This document shows, in pieces, positions 25,298-32,707 of a stretch of 38,090 nucleotides of DNA. The first letter of the stretch is position 1, and each line of letters begins with the position of its first letter. Both the position numbers and the translations under genes were made by a program. The notes beneath the pieces were generated by a model. That model worked only from the letters and a program-made list of their open reading frames with translations, did not search any database and had not been told where the DNA came from. The stretch is from a virus (lineage: Duplodnaviria; Caudoviricetes), in the IMG/VR virus record IMGVR_UViG_3300031576_000178, positions 1-38,090 of that record; one strand, written 5' to 3'.

Positions 25298-25738
25298 ATG
25301 CCCACCGGCTTTATCCCGCGCCCCGCGCTCGCGCCGCCGCCCGCCCGGGCGGTCTTCCTGCCGCTCTTCGAGCCGGTCGGTGGGGTGACGGTGCTCCCGG
25401 CGGCCGCCGACCTGCTCTTCGACTCGTTCGACCCGGCGGTGGTGCTGGGCTCCCTCCTCCTGGTCAACCCCCTGGCGGACCTGCTCTTCGAGCACGCCGA
25501 CCCGGCGGTGGTGCTGGGCTCCCTCACCCTGGTCAACCCCCTGGCGGACCTGCTCTTCGAGCACGCCGACCCGGCGGTGGTCTTGGGGAGCCTGACCGTG
25601 GCCGGGCCGCTGGCCGATATCCTGTGGGAGCACGTCGATCCGACCGTGACCGTCACGGGCGGAGGCGGCCCGGGCGGAGGGCACGCGCGTTATCGTTGGC
25701 CGACCTGGCACTGGCGGCGCTTTAGCCGCTGGCCGTAA
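25298..25738 (+). CDS. Tail-module protein with 23-aa tandem repeats
   Basis: ADLLFEHADPAVVLGSLTLVNPL repeated about 3.5 times. Confidence 0.7.
   Translation: MPTGFIPRPALAPPPARAVFLPLFEPVGGVTVLPAAADLLFDSFDPAVVLGSLLLVNPLADLLFEHADPAVVLGSLTLVNPLADLLFEHADPAVVLGSLTVAGPLADILWEHVDPTVTVTGGGGPGGGHARYRWPTWHWRRFSRWP
25406..25648 (+). repeat. 69-nt coding tandem repeat, about 3.5 units
   Basis: Units start at 25406, 25475, 25544, 25613. Confidence 0.9.
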
Positions 25739-25747
25739 AGGAGCGCC

Positions 25748-26626
25748 ATGGCCCTCACGGTCTTTGATCTCCTCCTGCAAACGGCCCGCAACCTGGAAGC
25801 GGTGGTCGAGAGCCTGACCACGGCGGTCGGCACGGGCAACAACACCCTGGTGGACGCCAAGCTCTCCGACGCGAATTATGGCGCGGGCTGGGAGACGGAC
25901 GACTTCGCCGGGGGCACGGCCTTCTGGGTCCGGCGCGCCGCCGGGGGCAACCCGCAGAACCTGCGCGTGATCACGGACTACGACGCGCCGACCAACAAAG
26001 TCACGGTCGATCAGAGCTGGGACTTTTCCGGCGCGGCCAACACCGGCAGCGGCGACGGGTACGCCCTGCTGCAGAAGCAGTATCCGCGCGACCTGGTGGT
26101 GGGCAAATTGAACCAAGTGCTGCTCGACGCGGGCGACGCGCCGGTGGAAGACACGACGGTCACCACAGCGGCGGATCAGAAGGAATACAGCTACGCCGGC
26201 GACTACACCAACCGCATCCTGGAGGTCTGGCTGGCGCACCAACTCGCGGCGCCGTGGGAGTGGGAGCGCGTGGCCGGCGTGCGCGCGCGGCTGAGCGGGA
26301 GCACCACCCTCCTGGAGTTCCCCTATCAGCCCCGGGTCGGCTACAAGATCAAGCTGTTGGTGCTCACGCGGCCGAGTCCCGTCAGCCTGGCCCCGGCCGG
26401 CAATGAGAGCGCCAACACGCTCTCGCCGCACCTCAACGCCGATTGGCTGGCGCTGGAGACGGCCGTGCGCTGCGTGCGCTGGCGCTTGCAGCAACCGGAC
26501 GCCAGGGAGGACAAGCTGACCGCGCTCCTGAACGATCTGCTCAACCGCGCGGCGAACGCCAAGCGGCGGCGGGGTGTGCCCAGCCCTAACCCGCAGCCGA
26601 TCTTCCCGCACACCGAGATCGACTAA
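25748..26626 (+). CDS. Probable head-tail adaptor protein
   Basis: AAGGAG RBS; TTAADQKEYSY...RILEV pattern; precedes the large tail gene. Confidence 0.55.
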   Translation: MALTVFDLLLQTARNLEAVVESLTTAVGTGNNTLVDAKLSDANYGAGWETDDFAGGTAFWVRRAAGGNPQNLRVITDYDAPTNKVTVDQSWDFSGAANTGSGDGYALLQKQYPRDLVVGKLNQVLLDAGDAPVEDTTVTTAADQKEYSYAGDYTNRILEVWLAHQLAAPWEWERVAGVRARLSGSTTLLEFPYQPRVGYKIKLLVLTRPSPVSLAPAGNESANTLSPHLNADWLALETAVRCVRWRLQQPDAREDKLTALLNDLLNRAANAKRRRGVPSPNPQPIFPHTEID

Positions 26627-29244
26627 TGCCCCCCAGCGCCGCCGGACGCAAGCCCAAGTACGACATCACGATCAGCGACGGGACGGCCACCCTCGGCTTG
26701 ATGGTGAGCGGCAACGCCCTGAGCGCCATCCGGCAACTGCCGCGCGGGCCGGGCGTGGAGCGCAAACTCGCCAAGCAAAAGGACTGGAGCGGAGGCCGGG
26801 GGTTGGAGCGCTTCGGCGCGGACACCAGCCGCTTCTATGACTCAGGAGCGGTCTGGAGCATGGTGCCCGGGCAGGCGCTGAACGGACCACTCATGCGCCC
26901 GAGCCGGACGCCGTACCGTCAGCACCGCCTCTTCTGGCCGTGGGCGAACTCGACCATCGCGGCGTACACCGGCTATCAATGGCAGGCGCTGACCGGGTCG
27001 CAACGCTTCATCGGCGCGGACCTGACCATCAGCGGCGGCGAGTGGGGCGCCGCCCTGCCTTTCACGATGCGGCGCGCGACGGTGATCGTGCGCAAAGTGG
27101 GGACGCCGGCGAGCGCGTTGCAGGTGGCGATCTGCAACGATAACACCAACCAGCCTGGCACCGTCATTCAATCCGTCACCCTGGCGGTGGCCAGTGTGAC
27201 GGATTGGCTGGCGGTCACGTTTGAAGCCGCGTTCGGGTCGGACATCACCGTCGGCTCGGGGACGCGCAACTGGATTCGGGTCGGCGACAATGGCGGCACG
27301 GGCGACGCGTCCAACCACTGGGAGGTGCTGGGCGCGCACGACTCGGCCCTGGCCTTTTTCAAGTCGTCCGACGGCACGACCTGGGACACGAGCGGCACCT
27401 TCACTCTGTACTGGCGCATCTATCCAGAGCCGACCACCAAGCAGCGCCGGGTCTTCTTCTTTGAATACAAGCGGGCGCTGTACGCCGCCGTGGCCGTGCC
27501 GGGCGCGGGCGGCTCGGCGGCCGTCTACCGGAACGGCGACCGGGGCGTGGCCACCGGCGCGCAGGACACCACCCACCTGACCGACTCGACTAAGGCCTGG
27601 GGCGACAACGAGTGGCAGGGGGCGGTGGCGCTCTTTACCAGCGGCGGGCTGCGCGGCGAGGCCCGGGCCATCGTCAGCAACACCTCCACCCAGCTCAACT
27701 TCGGCTCGGACAGCCTCCCCAGCGCGCCCACCACCGGCGCCAGCGGCAGCGAGTACGTGATCCTGGGGAGTGATGAGTGGAGCGCGGTCTCGACCGTCAC
27801 GCTCAACGATAACCCCACCGACGTGGCGGTGCTGAATGACACCGTCTACCTCACCGGCGGCGACGGCGCCAATATCACGCGCTTTCGCGAGTTCAATAAT
27901 GCCGGCACGTGGACGGTGCAGGAGGCCGATGATGGCGCCAATAAAGCGGCCCTGATCGAGGCCTTTCAAGAGGGCAACAAGACCTACCTCTACCGGGTGA
28001 ACAACGACACGGTGCAATTCAGCCGCGCGCCGAGCGTGGCCTGGGGCACCAACCTGACCTTTGAGACGGCGGCGCCGGTGGGCGACACCAACGCGATCGC
28101 CACCGGCCTCACCGTGTACGACGACGCGGTGCACATCTCCAAGGAAGACTCGATCTACGTGGTGAAGAACGCCATCGCCACCAAGGTGCCGGTGCCCATC
28201 GACACCGCGCGCGACCTGGTCAACGGCACGGTCTTGCGCGGCTGGAACACGCAACTGTACTTCAACTTCCTGGATGGCTTCGAGCGCATGTATGGCCGCA
28301 CCATTGACGACATCGGCCCGAACCGCGACCAGGGCATGCCGCCCACGCGGCGCGGCACGGTGGCCGATTTTCAGGCCGTGCTGCAATATGGCTTCATCGC
28401 CTGGAACGGGGGCGAGGCGAGCAGCTACCTGTCGGCCATCCTGGCCACCCCCAGCCCGGGCGGGAGCTGGCACGAACTGTTCCGCATGCCGAGCGCCAAC
28501 CTGACGATCCAGAGCCTGGCCTATCAATCGATCCCGATCCTGCCCAACCGACTCTGGTTCCAGGGCGGCCACGACGTGGCCTACCTGACCATGCCCAACA
28601 CCGCGCAGAACCCGCTCAACGACAGCGATATGCGCTACACCTGGGAGGGCTACCTGACCACGGCCTGGATCGATTTAGACACCATTGAGCTGGACCATTT
28701 TTGGGATGAATTGCGCCTATTCACGCGCCACCTGTCGAGCGGCACGCCGCCGGCGCTGGTGGAGGTGGACTACCAGACCGATGCGGCCAGCGACGCCTCG
28801 GCCTGGACGCGCTTCACCAGCGCTTACAACACCAGCCCGGTGCAGATGCTGGCCGTGGGCAACACCAGCGTGACCGGGCGGCGCCTCCGCCTCCGGCTGC
28901 GCCTGTTACCGGGGAGCACGACCACGCCGGTGGTGATCAACGAGCTCGAGCTACGCGCCAACCAGCTGAACGAGGTGCTGTACGACTATGTGCTGGACGT
29001 GCGCTGGGGCGACCGGATGATGCTCTGGCACGGCGGGGAGGCGCGCGCGGCCAGCGAGCAGGCCGGCGCCATCCTGGCGCAGCTCAACGCCTGGAAGGGC
29101 AACGCGGCCCCGCTGACCCTGCGCACCCGCCACCCGCTGATCGATAATGTCCGCGGACATCTCGACCCGGTGGCCCTGACGCCGGCCAGCTGGGACCCGG
29201 ACGAGCAGGCCCTGGCCGGCAGCCTGACCTTCCGGGAGACCTGA
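26626..29244 (+). CDS. Large beta-rich tail protein (nozzle/tail-tubular-B-like), 872 aa
   Basis: DWSGGRG N-terminus, propeller-like beta content, C-terminal RRLRLRLRL...TPVVINELEL. Confidence 0.65.
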   Translation: MPPSAAGRKPKYDITISDGTATLGLMVSGNALSAIRQLPRGPGVERKLAKQKDWSGGRGLERFGADTSRFYDSGAVWSMVPGQALNGPLMRPSRTPYRQHRLFWPWANSTIAAYTGYQWQALTGSQRFIGADLTISGGEWGAALPFTMRRATVIVRKVGTPASALQVAICNDNTNQPGTVIQSVTLAVASVTDWLAVTFEAAFGSDITVGSGTRNWIRVGDNGGTGDASNHWEVLGAHDSALAFFKSSDGTTWDTSGTFTLYWRIYPEPTTKQRRVFFFEYKRALYAAVAVPGAGGSAAVYRNGDRGVATGAQDTTHLTDSTKAWGDNEWQGAVALFTSGGLRGEARAIVSNTSTQLNFGSDSLPSAPTTGASGSEYVILGSDEWSAVSTVTLNDNPTDVAVLNDTVYLTGGDGANITRFREFNNAGTWTVQEADDGANKAALIEAFQEGNKTYLYRVNNDTVQFSRAPSVAWGTNLTFETAAPVGDTNAIATGLTVYDDAVHISKEDSIYVVKNAIATKVPVPIDTARDLVNGTVLRGWNTQLYFNFLDGFERMYGRTIDDIGPNRDQGMPPTRRGTVADFQAVLQYGFIAWNGGEASSYLSAILATPSPGGSWHELFRMPSANLTIQSLAYQSIPILPNRLWFQGGHDVAYLTMPNTAQNPLNDSDMRYTWEGYLTTAWIDLDTIELDHFWDELRLFTRHLSSGTPPALVEVDYQTDAASDASAWTRFTSAYNTSPVQMLAVGNTSVTGRRLRLRLRLLPGSTTTPVVINELELRANQLNEVLYDYVLDVRWGDRMMLWHGGEARAASEQAGAILAQLNAWKGNAAPLTLRTRHPLIDNVRGHLDPVALTPASWDPDEQALAGSLTFRET

Positions 29245-29245
29245 C

Positions 29246-29785
29246 ATGCCCCGCGCGGCCCCTCCCCCCTACCCCCCGCGACCGGGGGCGCTCCGCGCCC
29301 CGGTCCGTGGGGGCTATGGGCGCGGCCCGTTTAAGGCCGGGCGGCGGACGGCGCGCCTGACGCGGCGCTTCAGCCCGGCCCGCGTGCCAACCTCTGGCGC
29401 GACCCTTCAGCCGCGCGGCCCGTTCCGGGTGCAGGGCCGCCGGGCCAGCGACCTGGAAGACCGCCTCTACCGGATGCTGAGGCGCCTGCGCTGGCCGGAG
29501 GACCGGATCGAGTTTCAAGTGGACGTGCTGGGCGGGCGGTTGCCGGGCGGGGCGGTGCTGGATTTCGTGGTGTGGACCTTTGGCGGGCCGATGATCATTG
29601 AACCGAACGGCGACCACTGGCACACGCAGACCGAGCAGCTCATCCAGCGCGACAAACTCCGGCGGGCCATGATCGCCGAGGCCTGGGGGCGGCCGTTCCA
29701 TTACTTCGTGTACGCGCAGGGCGACATCCTGACGGACGAGATGGCGTATCAGCGCCTGCGCCGCGACGTGGGGCGGGGCGGATGA
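29246..29785 (+). CDS. Vsr/DUF559-like endonuclease-fold protein
   Basis: SDLEDRLYRML...EFQ...LDFVV...IIEPNGDHWH...RDKLR. Confidence 0.65.
   Translation: MPRAAPPPYPPRPGALRAPVRGGYGRGPFKAGRRTARLTRRFSPARVPTSGATLQPRGPFRVQGRRASDLEDRLYRMLRRLRWPEDRIEFQVDVLGGRLPGGAVLDFVVWTFGGPMIIEPNGDHWHTQTEQLIQRDKLRRAMIAEAWGRPFHYFVYAQGDILTDEMAYQRLRRDVGRGG
29271..29314 (+). repeat. REP-like palindrome, copy B (inner hairpin inverted relative to A)
   Basis: ACCCCCCGC-GACCGGGGGCGCTCCGCGCCCCGGTC-CGTGGGGGC. Confidence 0.85.
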
Positions 29786-30282
29786 TCCCCAGCCAACTCC
29801 TGACGGCGGCCCTGGCCGGCGACGAGGCCGCCCGGCGCGAGCTGGGCCGCCTGCTGGACGACGTGCAGAACGCGCTCCAGCCCCGGCGCGACCAGACCGT
29901 GCGCGGCAAGCGCGGCGAGTTCGACCTGCAAAACTCCGGCTGGATTCTGACCCCGTATACCCTTATCACCGTAGCCACGGTGTGGGACTTCATCGTGCCG
30001 CGGCCGCTGACGGTGACGGAGTGGGCCGTCTTCGGGGTGTACAACGACGCCGCGGGCGGGGCGAATTACTGGACGATCACCCTGAAGACGCTGATCAACA
30101 CGCGCACGCTGGCCACTTTCAACTCGCAGAACTTCGGGGTCGGCAGCCGGCGCGATATCGTCCGACAGTTCAGCGGGCCGTTCGTCCAGCCCGACGCCCC
30201 CCACCAGGTGCTCGAGTTCCAGGTCACGGGGGTCGGCGCGCCCAACCCGGTCACGATTGGCGCGGCGATTTATTGTGTGTAG
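29782..30282 (+). CDS. Hypothetical protein, last late gene
   Basis: ATGA overlap; beta-rich C-terminal part. Confidence 0.65.
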   Translation: MIPSQLLTAALAGDEAARRELGRLLDDVQNALQPRRDQTVRGKRGEFDLQNSGWILTPYTLITVATVWDFIVPRPLTVTEWAVFGVYNDAAGGANYWTITLKTLINTRTLATFNSQNFGVGSRRDIVRQFSGPFVQPDAPHQVLEFQVTGVGAPNPVTIGAAIYCV

Positions 30283-30339
30283 TCGACGAGGACACGGGCG
30301 GATCTACATATCCGTCAGGGCCGCCCGAACGCCGTCCGA

Positions 30340-30711
30340 TTAGAGGGCGATCAACACCTGCCCGCATTTGAGCACGAGGGCCTCGTCGTCTCCGAGCACC
30401 TGACGTGCCCAGGTCACGCGCGCAGAATACGCGAGGCTGGGCTGGTATCGTTTAGCGATCACGATGGGTTGGGCCGTGCGCCGTGTTCCGAGCAGACCGA
30501 CGAGGCGCGGCCAGGCATGGGTTTGTTTGGCCCAGGCCAGCGCCGACTCGTGGCGCCGCTGTTCGCGCGGGCGGTGAGTGGCGCCGCTGACCACATCGGC
30601 CATCATCGGCATGGCGTCAATCGTGATCGAGCCGAGGCGAGGCGATTTTCGGCCCGCGCCGGGGCGACGGCCCCCCAGACCAGCGCCCTTCATTCCGAGT
30701 TTTCCAGGCAT
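30340..30711 (-). CDS. Hypothetical protein with GGRRPGAGRK motif
   Basis: ATG 30711 just after the upstream stop; motif also seen in TerS. Confidence 0.55.
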   Translation of the reverse strand: MPGKLGMKGAGLGGRRPGAGRKSPRLGSITIDAMPMMADVVSGATHRPREQRRHESALAWAKQTHAWPRLVGLLGTRRTAQPIVIAKRYQPSLAYSARVTWARQVLGDDEALVLKCGQVLIAL

Positions 30712-30716
30712 GACGT

Positions 30717-30965
30717 TTACTCGTTCTCGTTCTCGTTCTCGCTCAGAACGTCGAGTTCTGCCATAGCCGCCGCGCGCGACCATTTTTCGTATTGAGCGAC
30801 ATACCTCTCGAATTGTGCGGTTTTGGCCGCTATCTCCGCCGCGCTGGCCTGGGTGATGCCGTCGAGGACCTCGGCGTACCATTGATTGAGGCCCTGCATG
30901 GCCCAGTAGGCCGCATCGCATTTTTCTTCTAGTCGTTCGAGTTTGGTTTGGATTGGTCCTGGCAT
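30717..30965 (-). CDS. Small helical hypothetical protein
   Basis: Coiled-coil-like; ends in an ENENENE microrepeat. Confidence 0.6.
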   Translation of the reverse strand: MPGPIQTKLERLEEKCDAAYWAMQGLNQWYAEVLDGITQASAAEIAAKTAQFERYVAQYEKWSRAAAMAELDVLSENENENE

Positions 30966-30968
30966 CGT

Positions 30969-31403
30969 TCACTCTTTCGGCAGGCAGGCCGCCACTCGGC
31001 CATCCATCGGTTCGTGGGAGGCGGGCAGGCGGATGAGCACCCACTGGCCCGGGTCACATTGGAGCGCCGACTGCCGGGTCTGAAAGTTCAGCGCCCCGCG
31101 CAGGTAGAATATTTCCACGGCGTGCACCTTAATCCCCACCGCCACCAGCGCGGCGGCGAGGGACGGCAGGCTCAGCGGGGGGAGGGCGGATCGCGGCGCG
31201 GTCGGCCTTCCACGTTTGGTAGGCGGCCTCGCCGAGGGCGGGGAGGTCGTAGCGCCAGCGGCCGGTTTTGCGCCGCCCGGCGCGCCAGCGGTCGCGGGCG
31301 TAGCGGACGGCGCTGCGCGGGCGGCCGGCCCCGCCGGTGTAGCTGTACTCGCGCCAGCCTCGGCCGGCGGGGAGAGGGGTGAGGACGAAGAGAGGCGGCT
31401 CAT
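30969..31403 (-). CDS. Hypothetical protein with Ala/Pro-rich N-terminus
   Basis: GGAG RBS; operon packing. Confidence 0.55.
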   Translation of the reverse strand: MSRLSSSSPLSPPAEAGASTATPAGPAARAAPSATPATAGAPGGAKPAAGATTSPPSARPPTKRGRPTAPRSALPPLSLPSLAAALVAVGIKVHAVEIFYLRGALNFQTRQSALQCDPGQWVLIRLPASHEPMDGRVAACLPKE

Positions 31404-31436
31404 CGGTGATCTCCAGTGAAAGAGAGTCGAGCGGGT

Positions 31437-32138
31437 CTACTTCTTCCCGCCGGATAGTTTTGGGCCCGGGGCGGGCGCTTCCGCCGGATAGGCGGCCTCC
31501 GGGGTGCGGCCATTCCGGGCGCGGGGGGTGTCCGGGCGTGGCGGTGCGTATTGCTTGGCCCGCATCCGCTCGAGGAGCGAGTCGAGCATCTCCTGCGCTT
31601 TCCCCTCGGCCACGTCCTCAGCGATCGCGCGGCGCTTGTTATGCAATTCTTTGAAGGCCAGGTCTTCGATAGCCTGCTCCTCTTTGAGCGTGGCTTCTTC
31701 AATGCGGTCTTGTCGGGCGCGCTCGCGGAGGGCGGCCAGGGCGTTGGGCGAGGTGATGTGGAAGATGAACACCAGCGTCAGGTTGACGGCCACCGCCAAC
31801 GAGATCGTGAGGAGGGCGGCCAGGCCGACCCAGGCCGGCACGGCGGTGAGGGTTTGGCCGTGCAGGAACAGGTCGGCCACGACCGCCACGATCACCAGCC
31901 CCAGGTCGGCGACCGCGCCACACAGGGCGGCGGCGCGTTGCGGAAAGCCCTCGGCCAGGTGCAGGAAGATCAGAGTCCAGCACACGAAGCCCAGGTCGAA
32001 GACGACCAACCCCAGCGCCGGCAGGATCACGTCGCCGGGTGAGGTCAGGCTGAGCAGGTGATAGGTGCGCCACGCGGTGAAGGCCAGCAACACACCGGCG
32101 AACAGCAGGGCCAGGCCGGCCACGATTCGTTTGAACAT
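31437..32138 (-). CDS. Four-TM membrane protein with C-terminal coiled coil
   Basis: Four hydrophobic helices then a charged helix; GGAGG RBS. Confidence 0.75.
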   Translation of the reverse strand: MFKRIVAGLALLFAGVLLAFTAWRTYHLLSLTSPGDVILPALGLVVFDLGFVCWTLIFLHLAEGFPQRAAALCGAVADLGLVIVAVVADLFLHGQTLTAVPAWVGLAALLTISLAVAVNLTLVFIFHITSPNALAALRERARQDRIEEATLKEEQAIEDLAFKELHNKRRAIAEDVAEGKAQEMLDSLLERMRAKQYAPPRPDTPRARNGRTPEAAYPAEAPAPGPKLSGGKK

Positions 32139-32192
32139 AGAGTCCTCCGTCCAGGCCCGTGGGCGTTCACGCGCTCGCGGGCCGTCGCGTTT

Positions 32193-32402
32193 CTATTTCT
32201 TGACGACTCGCTTGACGACTCGCTTAGCGGTGGGCGCATAGGCGGCGATGACCTCAGTCACTTCGCTAGAGTGAACCGGGATCCCGCGCCCATCGAGCTG
32301 GATGGCCTTTTCGCGCGCGGCCGCTTTATCGTCGGCGGGGACGGTCATCTCCGAGTTAGAGTGGTCCACGTAGTGGAGGGTGACGCGGTACATGCGGGTC
32401 AT
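32193..32402 (-). CDS. Small hypothetical protein
   Basis: AGGAG RBS; YRVTL...V.ADD..AAREKA pattern; KRVVKRVVKK tail. Confidence 0.6.
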   Translation of the reverse strand: MTRMYRVTLHYVDHSNSEMTVPADDKAAAREKAIQLDGRGIPVHSSEVTEVIAAYAPTAKRVVKRVVKK

Positions 32403-32707
32403 ACGGATTCTCCTGGGGCGTCGTCACTGTCCGCCCATTCGGCGTAGGCGGACAGATCGAGCGGTAAATCGGCCCCCGGTCCGGGCGGCGGCGCGAGCGC
32501 GGGGCGCGGGAGATCGCCCCCACTGACTCGTCCCGCTGGGACGAGTCGCGGGGGGTCGCTATAGTGATGCTGGGGCGCGCCGGCCTGGAGGACGACGGTG
32601 GCATAGCGCGTGAGGCGGAGGCGCCGCCCGCAGACCGGGCAATGCCACTCCGTCGAATCGCTATCCGAGGCGACGAGTTGCAGGGAGTGGCTCATCTTGC
32701 TGCTCAT
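32399..32707 (-). CDS. Small CxxC zinc-ribbon protein
   Basis: EWHCPVCGRRL; ATGA overlap with the ParB stop. Confidence 0.65.
   Translation of the reverse strand: MSSKMSHSLQLVASDSDSTEWHCPVCGRRLRLTRYATVVLQAGAPQHHYSDPPRLVPAGRVSGGDLPRPALAPPPGPGADLPLDLSAYAEWADSDDAPGESV
32516..32556 (-). repeat. REP-like palindrome, copy E (different, perfectly paired inner stem)
   Basis: Minus strand ACCCCCCGC-GACTCGTCCC-AGC-GGGACGAGTC-AGTGGGGGC. Confidence 0.8.

Noticed and set aside
23351-30282. Diversity-generating retroelement, considered because of BPP-1-like head genes
   Set aside because: No reverse transcriptase and no template/variable repeat pair differing at adenines seen
30720-30744. (TCGTTC)n microsatellite; also the TTGACGACTCGCTT duplication near 32200-32225
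   Set aside because: Short in-frame coding repeats at protein C-termini (ENENE, KRVVKRVV) with no sign of further function
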